Source: Vicugna vicugna (Eukaryota). Taken from it: a stretch of DNA of 64,000 bases. The translations under genes were made by a program, and so were the position numbers. The stretch covers positions 1,556,941-1,620,940 of the forward strand of contig MU058844.1 in NCBI GenBank assembly GCA_013265495.1, read 5' to 3'. This document shows, piece after piece, positions 47,886-61,510 of this stretch (the stretch's first letter is position 1; every line of letters begins with the position of its first letter). The notes under the pieces are model-generated. The model did no database searches and had not been told where the DNA came from. It was given only the letters and a program-made list of their open reading frames with translations.

Positions 47886-49774
47886 ACTTTCCTCCCCAGG
47901 CTTTCAAAAAGAACTAAAGTGTAATTTATATATTAGGGAATAACTTGGCTGCAGCCACACCAAAGTGGCTCCTGCCTCATGAAGGATAAAAAAAACAGTA
48001 TTAGTTTTTGCTTTTTTTTTTTTCCTGACAGGAGTCGTTGAAGGGGAATAAATCCATTTCAAATAATGGTGAATGGAACCTCTGGGACTACTATAATATC
48101 CTGTTGTAAAGTGTGCATTCATAGAAATGAAAATAGAGTTTGCCATTGCTGTAACGTAAATGAGACATAAAGGAAGTGCATACTCACCTAGGAATGGGAG
48201 GCCAGGGGTAGGGTGTTAAATCCAAAATGGTAGTCCCCTTGGGCTCATATATTGTAAGTTCTATATAATATATAGATGGAGTGGGGATTTTTCTGTACTT
48301 CTTAGAGGGCCATACCATGGAATAGTTAACTGGTTTTATTTTGTTTTACCTTGAGTGTACAAAAGCCGTAATATGTATAATAAACATTGTTTTTGTTGTA
48401 CCAGTATTGTTGTATCAACATTCGTTCTCTGATACCTGCTGTTGGCCTGCCTCGGAGGCGGGCATCCAGCCCTCCTTTGGAACAGGAGAAGGATGAGCTT
48501 TCTCAACAGAGCTAAGAGGATTTACCTTGTACATCTGCTCTGGTTGGTCTTCTTACCATGACATCACTCTGCTTGAAGAATTGCTTGCTTACTGTGCCTC
48601 CAGAACAATGGGATTTTCAAGATGGGGAGTGACAGGATGGGACATGAAGGCTGACATCAGTTCCCTCAGGCCTTTGTAGCCACTAATTCTAAAAAGTCAC
48701 GATCACAGCCACTGTGGACAAACATCAATGGCAGATTTCATCAGGGGAGCTTTTGTTCCAAAGGCACACTCCTGCCACTAGTTGGTCATGCCTTCCTATT
48801 CAAGGACATAGGATTCATAGATGATATAGGATTCATGAGTTAATGCCAGTTAACTAATGCCTATTTTTGTCATTGTGTTTGGCTGTGTTTGCTTGTTTCT
48901 TAAATACTTTCATGGAGTTTTAAGATGCGAGAAAAGCATATACACATTCTTGCTTCTGGAGTCTCTGATGTGGAAACAAGAAATGTCAGCTTGAATCCAC
49001 TCAGGGCAGTTTTCCCGTATCTCCTGAGTCATTTCTTTCAGTGAAGCAAAAATCATATTGTAAACCATTCTGTCCAGAATCCTAGAGGTGTGTTTCAGTG
49101 ATAAACTGATTAGGCTTGAGCCTAGGTGACCAAAGGCAGGTAGTTCCTAAGAGGATGAATTTTCACTGTGTCGGAATCCTGAGCTCAAGACGGCAGCTCT
49201 GAATAATTCCATTGGTTACTTGAAATGGGTATCTAAATAAACTACAGTCAGGTAACTTATACCCATGTGAGAATTTGCATTTAAAAATTTCCTTCTGTGA
49301 TGTTATTAGAGTGAGGAATACACAGCCATGGAGCCAATGGGAGGCTGGGTCTGGGCCAGCACCCCAACCTCCCCAAGAAATCAGCTTCCTATCAAGGGTA
49401 ACCATAGAGGGCAGTGGCAGCAGTTTCTCCTTGGGTCAGTGAACTGGTGGAGTAACCCATTCCAGCCCTCGGATTCATGCAGAGAGCAGTTAGATGGGCC
49501 CCCAAACCAAAGGAGATTCAAGAACATAACAGGAATAGGAAAAAACCCCACCTGCAGCCAGAGCCTATCTGCCATTCCTATCCTCACTCGATGAATCATG
49601 AGATTTCCTGTTTTCTACTGCTCAGCTTTTCCCTCCTTTGTGGCTAAGATCAGTCACGTGTGACATGATTCTAATTCTACCTAAGAGCAGGGGGAGAGAA
49701 TTCCCTATGGCTTCTCTCAAGTAGCTGTTCTGTATAAGGGAGGTTGGGCACAGCCAAGTCAGTATGTCATATAA

Positions 49775-49900
49775 GCAGTATGTGTGTAGTGCTAAGATCC
49801 TGGGAAAAATGAGTTCAAATCCAGGCTTTATTGCTTTCTTGCTATGGGATCTTGGGCAAGTTTTTTCAGCTCTCAGAACCCATAACATCCTATACTTCCT
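49775..49900 (+). mobile_element. MIR fragment, followed by a probable L2 3' fragment to ~50035
   Basis: gagttcaaatccaggcttta...gctatgggatcttgggcaagtttttt. Confidence 0.65.
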
Positions 49901-52249
49901 CCACCGGAGCACTTAGCACCCTGCATTCTAACTCTGTGGATTCTTCATCTGGTTTCTCTGTTGGGCTAAACACATCTTGAGAGAAGATGCCGTGTCTGTA
50001 GCAGTGACACAGTCCCAGGACATGACAGGCATGTGAGAAATAATTCCATGGAGAAATAATTCCAAGGAGAAATTAGATGAGATCAAATTCCTATGACTTT
50101 TATGTAAGTTTTACCTCTGATAAAGTGACAATTACGGTGTGGTAGCAAATGACAATGTGGACTGCTCTTCATTAGGAAGGATGTATAAAGGTGACGCAGA
50201 GGAATCTGACACATACACTAAGTACTTCATGGAGACAGGGGAAGAAGATGAGAGCAATGTGCCCCAAATTGTATCATTAGAAATGGGAGGGATCTAGGGA
50301 ATTAATTGGAGGTCTTCAGGGATTCATCATACTTTAGAGAGTCTCTTCTACTTATTTATGGACATTTTGGGAACATTTCCTCATGGAAGGTTTAATTTTC
50401 ATAATGCAATCCAAGGCAAAATTAACTTTGTTTTAATATCTAAACTGTATTTTAAATATTGGAACCATATCATTTATAGAGCAGTATGATGTCATCCTAG
50501 CCAAGTACAGCTACTATTCATGATATTTCTAGAACTTTGGCATAGCCGGTAAAGTGCCTCCTTCTCACTGGTTATTATTTGCAATCTCAGACTCACAACA
50601 CAAAGAGCTAAAATCTTTCCGTATTGCCTAGTATGTTACAGCTTGGATCCTGATGCAATATATTGTGTAAACTACTGAGAGGGAATTGGGAATAATTTAA
50701 CTGCAAACGAAAATTCAGATACAACCAGGTACCTTATAAAAATGTGTAGGAGGGAATGGTATAAAATCATATTTTCAGTTAATCATAATGGTCTTAAAAG
50801 TCCATCTCTTAGAGTGGATCAACAGTAAGTGCCAAGACAGAGAAAGGGGAAAGCTGGCGTTTCTGACAGGGTCAGAATTATTTTCTTGTGACCCTATAAT
50901 AAAGGAGGGCTGAGAGCTGACCACAAAGAACTGAGATGGGGAGCTAGGAGACGCTGTCTGCAAAGGTGACAAGCTCCTTTGCCTGCAAGATACAATTTAA
51001 ATAATTTCATTTTATTATTATGATTATGACTTTTTTTTTTAGCAGGCTTTGTTCAGTGCCCTAAAACCTTATAATGACTCCATATTCTTGTTCAACAAAA
51101 GGCACATTTCCTCACTTGATTCTATTCTTGCCTCCCTCTTGGAGAAATTAATGGAGCAAACAACACTTTTTTTAATGAAACAATGTGACAGTCTTCAAAA
51201 GCTCATGCCATCCACTAAACCTTGCTGAATAACAAAAGACTTTTGTCGAATAGTTTGCACTGTCCTTCTTTTGCTTCCATGCTGCACGGAATGCTCTGAC
51301 TGAGGGCTCAGCAACTGGACATGATGATCACCTGAGAATGCTATTCAGTGTATGCAAATTCCCCTTCCAGTGTCCTCAGGAAAGCCCATCGGGAGGACAG
51401 TACTGTGACAAAGCATATTTGAAAGATGGTCAACCATGGATATTGCTGTGCACGTATGGCCACACACGGCTTGACTATAAAATGATTTTTCCTGAAAAAC
51501 AAGTTGGCAGCCATATAGAACTTGCCGTTAATATCTGATGCACGGAGGGGCTGCTATCCAATCTGGAATGAGTGCGGAGAGATTCTGGGCACATTTTTGT
51601 GTTTTTTTCCACGGCTCTCGTCCTGTCTGCAATCACTGCAGAACTGACACTGGGGAGCTGTAGTGGTACAGACCCCGCAACAGCAGGCAGGGGAAGCGCA
51701 GTCCATTCTTCACGGACTGCACGGCGAGCACTATTAAAGGCAGGGAAGCCATTTGTTCATGAATATACATTTGATACATATAAATGCTCTGTGCCATGAA
51801 TATTTATCTCTTTCATGGATTGCAGCTGTTGTGTATTGAAAACTATTAACAGGTTGGAAACCGTCCTTTCGAAACCTATGTCTGCCATTTGGGTGCAACA
51901 ACATGAGTGGAAATTTATCTTTTCCCTTTTGTGGGAAAGATAGACTACTACTGGGCTTATAATGAGGTTGGTGCCTTAGGAGATAGAGAATTTGGTAAAA
52001 ATGGAGGGTAGCTTCTTTGCTTTCTAACTTAAATTGTTTATGTAATATTACAACCAAGGCAGTGTTTTGTTTACCAAGTGGTATTCAGGTTTTGATGAAT
52101 GTTCCGTTGTTAACAGAGGTGAAAATATCTGGTATTAAGTACTGGACTGTTGTGGGGGTGAGGAGTGCCACGTGATTTCTATCACCAAAGATGGGATTTT
52201 AGGATTTTTAGGCCTGTGGATACTCAGGGTCTTTGGGGTGGAATGTATA

Positions 52250-52570
52250 GTTTTTCAGCCTCTGATCTTACATTCCCTCATGCTCTGTAATCTAGCCACC
52301 CTTAAATAGTCTGTGTTCCTCTAACAAACCAAGCTCCCTCATGCCTCGGGGCATTTGTTAATTCCATTCCCATTGTCTGAAATAGTTTTCTTTCCAACAG
52401 TTCTGGGCACCCCTCCAGGTTCTCCTCTTAGCTCCTTTCTCTTCAGGAATCAGCTCAAAGATTTGTATCTTGTGATCTCTTCTATGACCTACAATCATCC
52501 TTACCAGTCACTGCTGTCCTCTGAACAATCCTTAAATAGACCCTGCCTTAAACAAACAACACAGCACCTT
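52250..52570 (+). mobile_element. L2 fragment
   Basis: ctagccaccc...tgttcctctaacaaaccaagctccctcatgcctcggggcatttg...ttcccattgtctgaaata...ttcaggaatcagctcaaa. Confidence 0.75.
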
Positions 52571-53309
52571 ACTTAAATGAACAGACAGATGTATCACACA
52601 TTAGGTATGGAGCTTTTTTAGTTATCTGGTATATTACTCAGGTACCACTAGGTTGTATCTCAGGAATGTGATCTGTTTCAATGTTTAGTTTTGCTTAAAA
52701 TGTTTTCAGTGTTATCATACTGCTTGGGAAAGCTCTTACTAACCAGTGGCTCAGATCTCTCCATGTTCTGGGCTAACAGTTCCCATTATTGAGGCTACAA
52801 ATAAATCCCTCTTGAAGAATTCTTTTGTAGTAGGTTAACTAATTCCATACTACTTTGGGGCTTACAAATTAAACTAAATCTAGGTTTACATCTTTCCTTA
52901 GCTATTTGTATTCAGCCTTGAAATTTCTTCACCTAGTTTCTCAGTCAAGGTTACTGCTCTTGTTTGGATTTTGTCCAAGATTGTTGACCTCTTTCTAACC
53001 ATACAGCTCACATTTGATTTAGGAATTTCAAGTGAAGTTTGAAGAAAATCCTTAATGCCAGTCAATCAGATTTAATCAGGAAAATCCAAAGTATTATCTA
53101 CTTCTAATATTAAATATATAAAGAGCTTTTAATAAAATTGTTTAGACACTTCTCTCTATCTATCTATATCGGTCTAGATACAGACCCATGAGCATAGATG
53201 TGTCATGAATATATCTCTGTCTAGACTGTAGATCTTTTTGTACATTTGCCTGTTGTTTACATCTATCTCTATCATCAGCATCATCAGCATCATCACCATC
53301 AACATAATC

Positions 53310-53661
53310 TGTCTTAGTCCTTTCAGGCTGCTACAACTAAAGTGCCACAAACTGGGTGGCTTATAAGCAGCATTTATATCTCACAATTCTAGAAGCTGGG
53401 AAGTCCAGGACCATGGTGCCAGCAGATTTGACGTCTGTTGAGGATCCAATTTTTGATGTATAGACAGTGCTTTCTTGCTCTGTTCTTACAAGGGATCTCT
53501 CTGGGGCCTCTTTTACAAGGGCACTAGTCCCATTCATAAAGGCAGATCTCTCATGCCTTAATTATTTCCCCAAGGTCCCATTTCCTAATATTGTCACCTT
53601 GGGCATTAAGGTTTTAACATATGAATTTGGGGCAGGGGACACAAACATTCAGATTATAGCA
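53310..53661 (-). mobile_element. MLT1A-like MaLR solo LTR
   Basis: tgtcttagtcctttcaggctgctacaac...ggcactagtcccattcat...gacacaaacattcagattatagca; TSD taatc/tcatc. Confidence 0.92.
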
Positions 53662-53755
53662 TCATCTCTTTCTATATTCAATTTGTGTGTATAAATAGAT
53701 CTCTTTATATATTTGAATAACTTATGACTAGTGACATTAAGAAGGAATGAAGAAG

Positions 53756-53809
53756 AGGGTGGGGATAGCTCAGTGATCCAATCTCCAGTATCTCCATTAA
53801 AAAAAAAAA
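53756..53809 (+). mobile_element. Internally deleted Vic-1-type SINE
   Basis: gagggtggggatagctcagtg joined to ccaatctccagtatctccattaaaaaaaaaaa; matches the head and tail of the copy at 16390. Confidence 0.65.
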
Positions 53810-56678
53810 TGAGTCCAGACAGCTCTTTACTTAGGAACCAGTTATTAATTCCTTTTATTTCTCTAGCCTTTCCTCTTTCATATCTAGTTTTTAGCTATTT
53901 CATTGTTCATTAAAATGTTCTCCCGGGGAAAGGAGATGAGCTCTTAGCACAAGTGCCGCGTGCAGTGCTCTAGGGATACTCATTAAGTGTCTGTTGACAA
54001 TGCTGATGACGATGATAAACTTCCAATCAGTTAATTGGTTCTGCACCTGTTAGCAATCTTAGTGAAACTTCACATTAGACATAGGTTAAAATAACTGGAA
54101 GATTTTCTGTGCATAGTGATTCTCTTCTTTTGGACAGGAATACCCATGTAGATGGATTTTGTCTCAGTTTCTCTTCTCAGTTTGGAGTGGGATAACGGAG
54201 CAAGGCTAGCCCTGGTGGAGGCAGAGCAGACAAGCGCGTCTGTGGTGAGTGTGGGGCTGCGAAAGGCACTATGTGTTCACACTTTTCCTTCCTCTGCAAA
54301 GGTTAAGCCCACAGTTTATCCTTTGGTCTAAGACATACCTTCTATTCTTCCACGTTTGGGTCTGCACAGGATGTTGCTGGAACAGAGAGCAGGTTCTCTG
54401 CCTCAAAGAGGGCAACCTTTCATCTAATTTTTGAAGGACATGTAGAAGGAAGCAACATGCACTGAAGTGTTTGGGGAAGAGCTTTCTTCCTCTTGTCTCA
54501 GCCAAGATGGGCCAAGTTCAAAGTCCTAAAAGGGTGGCATGATTATAAAACACTTAAGGAGAGGGACCCAAAGGAAGAGAAAGCTGAGAGACAAACTTCA
54601 CCCACTTTACAATTTCCTCTGGGGTCACTGGGTGTAGCCAGAACAGCTCTCCTCATTTTTATATTTCAGAGCTTCTGCCTTTGTTTCTCAAAGATTTTAT
54701 ATTGTTTTCTGTATTTAACTGCACTAACAACTTTATATGTTTGTCGATGCTAATAGAAAATACAAGTATAAGTGGAAATTTCGTCCCTGGGGTACACACA
54801 CTTCCCTTGTAGAGTATTTTCCATTACATTATTGAACAATTCCAATGTAGTCTGGGGATACAGGAAAACCTACCAACTTGTTTGCCAAGTAATAATACTA
54901 TAAATAATGCCCATTTTATTTAAAAGTTAAGTTTCAAAACAATTTTCCAGATCTGAGATCAATTTCACACACACACGCACACAAATACACGGGTGTACTA
55001 TGAAATTTTAAGAGGGAATTTATTCAAGAGAGTGTTGTTTATTTTACATCACCCGCAGATTACATGTTAAAATATGTCTTATTTATTTCAAATGTCTTTC
55101 CTACATGAAAGAAGCCTGTTCCTGGTAAACACATGTCTCCTGCCCCACCTACTTCAGCTTCTTGTCATTTTCCGTGTCCCTCTTTTTCTCCTTAGAATTT
55201 AGTATCCTCAAAATTTAAAGAAGCCTGATCATTTTTGCAAGACTTCCAAAATGCTAACAGCATCCTAAATTCCTACTTTTAGTTCCTTTGCCTAAAAATA
55301 AAGAGAGAAACAAACAAAACACACATGCGCCATAAACAAATTCACAGGTGTCCACAGAAGGAGATAGCTAAAGAAGGAAAAGTAGGGTGTATTTTGGAAC
55401 TTAAGCAGTCAATAAATAACATTCCATTCCTCTCTTCCCTGCCCGAGTTTGAAGCCATCTAACAAAACAGAGTCAGGATGATCATCAGAACATTAGATTT
55501 ATTTCAGATAAAGATCTGGCTTGGAGAATAATTTACATATGTGACAAATAGACTTACTAATTCTGTACCCCAAAATGGGACAGATTTATCAATCTGTTCA
55601 CCAGGCAGAGGCAGAAAAATCTCAGTGTTCCTGACATGGAAATATAGGAGGGGTGTGTGCCCCTGGGAACTTTATAGTGACAAGAAGCACCACGAGTGTC
55701 TTCCTTGAGGGAAAACTGGCTTCCAAAGAGGCTTAGAGTGGGGAGCTAAGAAGGCTACTTCCAGTTCCTTCTTTCAATTTCTCCATCACATAAAGGAGAG
55801 TAAGAAAGGGCACTGGCAGGAGATGGGACTACTCCTCCAGCGGTGGTCTCACCACAGCAAAACCTAAGACAAGGAAGAGGAAGAGTTCTCATCTTAACAT
55901 CCACGGGCTTCTGTTTGCCCCACTGTCTGAATTTAATTAGGCTACTTCGATTTTCTTTATGCCCTGGCAAGCTTCATGGCCACTCTGAACTATTCTTGGT
56001 TTGCTTATGCATTTCAAAACTATCCTTAGGATAGTTCTGAGGGCCTGGCTCTTGGGAAAGAGTACATTTTGTTCCAAATTTGTTCTTAGCTAAACCAGAA
56101 TGGAGCCAGATCTGGGTGCTTTCAAAACAGAACCTCTATATTAGTCACAAAAATTAGAGGCAATAAAGCCTATCAGATCATCTGCTCCCTTCTCATGCCA
56201 AGCCCAGGGAATATGGGCTGCTTACTCTCTTGAATTACACTTATTCAAGAGAATAAGCTCCCTCAGAAATAGATACTAAGGGGCTCATTTGGTGTCAGCA
56301 TCCACACACGCAGAAATGTACCCAGAGCACATGGAGAAGAATGTACTTGGACAAAAGAAATCTGTACTGAGAATACACTTTTTTTTTCCTGTTAAGCCAT
56401 TTTAATTCTTTAATCAACTTCCTACCTAGCACTCAAATCATACCTAATTTTTTAATGTGCACTTTTATTTTGCTGAAATTATTCTTGTCAGAATCATTAT
56501 TTTCCATGTAAGATTTTCATTGAAAATGAGTCCTTGCTGATCAAGTTTTTAATTCATATCAACAATTATATCACCTACAGTTTGGAATTTTGTTTAATAG
56601 ACACTATATCTACCACGTCTATTTATTCTAAATAAAATTCTGCAGATAGACATTTTATCAAAGAGTTTGCTTTTGTCA

Positions 56679-58062
56679 GTATATACAATGGAGAAGAGAC
56701 AATGTCTTCAATAAGTGGTGCTGGGAAAACTGGACAGATACGTGTAAAAGAATGAAATTAGAATATTCTCTAACAGCATATGCAAAAATAAACTCAAAAT
56801 GGATTAAAGAGCTAAATATAAGATTGGATACCGTTATACTCCTAGAGGAAAAAATAGGCAGAACACTCTGACATAAATCATAGCAATATTTTTTTTTTGG
56901 ATCCATCTCCTAAAACAAAGGCAATAAAAACAAAAATAAATAAATGGGACCTAATTAAACTCAAAAGTTTTTGCACAGAAAAGGAAACAATAGACAAAAA
57001 CAAAAAGACAACCTACTGAATGGGAGAAAATATTTGTCAATGATATGACTGATGAGTTAATATCCAAAATATATGAACAGCTCATACAACTCAACATCAT
57101 GAAAACAAACAACCCGATTAAAAATGGGCAGAAAATCTGAGTAGATATGCTTCCAAAGAGGACATCCAGATGGCCAATAGGCACATGAAAAGATGCTCAA
57201 CATCAATCATCAGATAAATGCAAATTAAAACCATGAGATATCACCTCACACCTGTCAGAATGGCTATCACCAAAAAGAACACAAATAATCATTGTTAGTG
57301 AGGATGTGGAGAAAAGGGAACCCTCATATGGCTGTTGGTGGGAATGTAAATTGATACAGCCAGTGTGGGAAATAGTACGGAGGTTCCTCAAAAAACAAAA
57401 AATAGAACTACCGTATGACTCAGTAATCCCACTGCTAGGTATATATCCCCTCCCACCTCAAAAATGAAAACACTAATTCAAAATATACTTGCACCATAAT
57501 GTTCATAACAGCATTATTTATAATTGCTAATATATGGAAGCAACCTAAGTATCCATTAACAGATGAATAGATAAAGAAGATGTGGTATCAGTATATACAA
57601 TGAAGTACTACTCAGACACAAAACAGAATGAAATTTTGCCATCTGCAACAATGTTGGACGGACTTGAATGATATGCTAAGTGAAATAAGTCAGACAGAGA
57701 AAGACAAATACTGTATGATTATCACTTATATGCGGAATCTAAAAAATAAAACAAACTAGTGAATATAACAAAAAAGAAACAGACTTACAGATATAGAGAA
57801 AAAATTATTGGTTACCAGTCGGGAGAAGGAAGAGGGGAGGGGCAAGACAGGGGTAGGGGATTAAGAGGTACGAGCTATTAATGTGTAAATAAGCTACAAG
57901 GGTATATTGTACAACATGGGGAATATAGCCAATATTCTATAATAACTATAAATGGAGTATAACCTTTAAAAATTGTGTATCACTATATTATACACCTGTA
58001 ACATATAATACTGTACATCAACCATACTTCAATAAAAAAATAAATAAAAGTAAATAAAAGCA
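56679..58062 (+). mobile_element. 5'-truncated L1 (last part of ORF2 plus 3' UTR and A-rich tail), decayed
   Basis: cttcaataagtggtgctgggaaaactgg (FNKWCWENW), aaatgggacctaattaaactc (KWDLIKL), cacatgaaaagatgctcaacatca (HMKRCSTS), tail aataaaaaaataaataaaag; degenerate TSD aagagtttgcttttgtca / aaatgttttgcttttatca. Confidence 0.95.
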
Positions 58063-59099
58063 AAAATGTTTTGCTTTTATCAATTTTTAGTCAATAACAA
58101 ATGTTACCATGTGCAATTTTTGTTTTATTTTGTATAATTATTTTTACCATTAATATTCATTATAAATTGGATAGAAGAAAATAGTTTGTATTTATTTCTT
58201 AGCCAGCTTGTGAGAAAATAGTAAGCAATTCACCTGTTATTCCAGGGTTGCTGTGTGATAAGAGGACTGGACTGCTCTATTGCTAATCCAACTCTTCTGT
58301 GCATTTTCCAATCACTTTGACTACTGCATTTTAATGTGCCCCTTCTCCTGGTGGAGCAAAGAGCATGTGGCAGTGTCAAATGTCTTGTTTTGCTCCATAT
58401 TTATCAACATTTGGGAGAAAAGTAGGAGTCTTAACAGAAAAAAAGAACCTCTTTGTTCTTTTTTTCCTTTAAGTTTTTCCTATTTTTCCTCTCTCTTTTC
58501 CATCTTATCAAAGTTTCTGATTCATCTTTTTGATCCTCTGACACTATTCTGTCAACATTGTCTCTTGTCAGTACTCTGTCTGCCTGCTATTGGCTTTATT
58601 CTCTTTCTCATCCTTTCTAAGTCTCGTTCACTGTCTTGGACACACTCCTCTGAAGCATTTAGCTGCATGTCTACCGTCTTACCACCATCTCTTTCCAAGC
58701 GCTGCTTATCACAGTGCTCAGTGTCACGACTATAAAGGCTCAGAGATGACTCTCATTCCCTTGCCACTTAGCATCCTACTTAGATCCGGTAACCATACGG
58801 AAAGAGGTTGTGAAACTGTTTCTTCTACGGCTTTAAAAGCAGTGCTGAAAATGACCCACTTATCTGGGCTTGATTTTATGGGGCAGAGGGATGAATGCTA
58901 CGATCTCGGGGGGACCTTGCCAGATCAAGGAACTTGGAATCATCAATTTAGATTTATTGGACACCTTGTGGGTGCTTGGACCTGTATTACATGATTTCAC
59001 CCTTCATGCCCTGAAATACAGTTTCTGCCTTTTTTCAGCTGTTTAAAGTATTGTGGTATTGAGTTGAGTTTTTGCAAGCATTTGTTATTGTTTCCGTTA

Positions 59100-60832
59100 T
59101 TTACAACTAACTGGGTTTGCTTGTTTGCTTGTCTTATAGTTAAGAGGTTTTTAGGATGTTCAGAGTTGTATACCTATCACTGCTGTCTAATTTTAGACTA
59201 TTTACAAAACCCCCCAAAGAAACCTCAACCCATATTCATTAGCAATCTTTCCTCATTCCTCAACTGGGGAGCTACTACTACTCAGTTTTCCGCCTCCATG
59301 GATTTGACTATTCAGGACGTTTCAAATAAATGGAATTATACAATGTGCGGTCTTTTGTGACTAGCTTCTTTCATTTATATAATGTGTTCAACATTCATTC
59401 ATGTTATAGCATGTATCAGTGCTTCATTTTTTATTGCTAAGAAGTATTCTGTTGCACGAATAGGCCACATTTTGATTACTTATCAGTTGAAGGACATTTA
59501 GATTGTATCCACCTTTTAGTCATTATAAATAATGCTGCTTGCTGCTGTGAACGTTCATGAATAGTTTTTGTGTGGACATACATTTTAATTTCTCTCAGGT
59601 ATCTATCTAGCACTAGTATAGGTAGGTCTTACGGTAACTCCATGGCTACCATTTTGAGGAACTTTCAAACTGTTTTCCAAATGTCTGCTTGGTTTTACAT
59701 CTTCTCCAGCAATGTATAATGGTTCCAATTTCTCCCCCTCCTCATCATCCCTTATTGTTTGTCTTTTTAGCTATTCTAATATGTGTGAAATCGTATCTCA
59801 CCGTGGTTTTGATTTGCATTTTCCTGGTGATTAATGATGACGAGCATCCTTCCATGTGATTATTTACTGTCTATAGCTTATTTGGAGAAATGTCTGTTCA
59901 AATCCTTTGCCCATTTTAAAAAATTGGATTATATCTCATCAGTTCATATTGCTATAACAAAAATACCATAGGCTGGGTGGCTTATAAAAGATGAAAATTT
60001 ATTTTTCCCTGTTCTGGAGGCTGGAATTCCTAGATCAAGGTATTGGCAGCTTTGATGTCTGGTAGGGACTTGTTCCTTGTTCTTGAGGGCTGTCTTCTTG
60101 CTGCGCATCACGTGGAGGATGGGATGAGGGAGCCCTCTGGGGTACCTTTTATGAAGGCACTAATTCTTCACCTTGCAAAGGCCCCATCTCCAAATAGCAT
60201 CATGCTGAGCATTAGGATTTAACATATGAATGTAGTGGGGGGCGGCACAAATATTCAGTCTACATCAGATTGTCTTTTCATTATTGGGTTATTAAAATTC
60301 TTTATACATTCTGAATATAAGGACTTTGTCATATGTGCTTCACAAACACTTCCTCTCATTCTAGGTGTTTTCATATTCTGGATGGCACTCTTCTTAAGTC
60401 TGATGAAGTCCAGTTTATCTATATACTTTTGGTGCCTGTGCTTTTCATGTCATATCTAAGAAACCAATGCCTGACCTAAGATCACAGAGATTTACTCCTA
60501 TGTTTTCTTCTAATTTAATATTTTAAACTCTGCTATTTAGACCTACGATCCATTTTGAGTTAACTTTTTTATATGGTGGAAGGTAAGAATCCAACTTTAT
60601 TCTTTTGACTGTGAGCATCGTTTTCTCAGCACTATTTGTTGAAAAATCTGTCCCTTGCCCATTGAACTGTCTTGGCACCCTTGCTGCAAATTAATTGGCC
60701 ATAAACATTAAGGCTTGTATTCAGGTACAAAGGCGAACTCACTTATTAGTACTAATAGTTTTTAATGGATTTATTTGGATTTTCTACGTACAAGAGCATG
60801 TCACTTGCAAATAGAAATAGTTTCACTTCTTC
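59100..60832 (-). mobile_element. L1MB-like 3' fragment interrupted by an MLT1A LTR
   Basis: tcagagttgtatacctatcac...tggaattatacaatgtgcggtcttttgtgac...ttggagaaatgtctgttcaaatcctttgcccatttt...gatccattttgagttaa...ttgtcccttgcccattgaactgtcttggcaccc-like ORF2/3' UTR sequence. Confidence 0.88.
59932..60267 (-). mobile_element. MLT1A-like MaLR solo LTR nested in L1
   Basis: gctataacaaaaataccataggctgggtggcttataa...ttctggaggctggaa...cacaaatattcagtctacatca; TSD gatta/gattg, with L1 sequence continuous on both sides. Confidence 0.9.
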
Positions 60833-60834
60833 CG

Positions 60835-61510
60835 TAAGGTCAGTTGGAGGTGAGTGACTGGTACTTTCTTCTTTCCTTTGTATTTCTTGGCTATGCACAC
60901 AGATTTGTGCCTGCACATGGCCTTTTAGATCCTCAGAAATGTGTCAGAGCTTTTCAAACTTCTCTATGGTCACCTAATTCTGTAGTAATGCCTTTAAAAT
61001 TCCTGGTGAGGTCCTTGTTTTCTATACCTGAAATCACAACCATAAGCAGTTGCTTCTAGAAGTATAGAAGTGCCCCAAAAGTAGGCCTCAGCTAAGCTGA
61101 CCTCCGAGTCAAATCAAAGGGCCAACGTATTCGGGGAATAGAGATTTTCTAGGGGACTGCAATTTTGAACAGAATATTGACCCCCCCCTTTTTTTTGGAT
61201 GATGGTTTTATTGGATTCCACAAGAAGTCAGATTTCTCCATTATCAACAATGTTGTCAACTTTTGCCTAGGCTACTGCTGAGCCAGCGAGTGAACAGGGA
61301 TGGCAATAGCCCTAAGTTAGAATGTCAGATAACCCATTGTCTTACTGAGGTTTAATAATATTTTTTTTGTATAGATTTTTAGTTTCCTCTTCAGTTAACC
61401 CTTTTTCAGGGTTATAAAATAGTTGATGTTAGATGTTTTGCCTATATTTTCATTGTTTTAGAAAGAGAGCAAGTTCACTAAGGTCTTCACCATTCCAGAA
61501 GTCCATCTCC
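60835..61510 (-). mobile_element. Probable old L1M 5'-region fragment
   Basis: gcacatggccttttagatcctcagaaatgtgtcagagcttttcaaa...tttttagtttcctcttcagttaa...ggtcttcaccattccagaagtc. Confidence 0.5.

Noticed and set aside
49401..49418. CTCF-like motif accatagagggcagtggc
   Set aside because: The 5' half deviates from the core consensus, so it cannot be supported without a PWM score or ChIP data.
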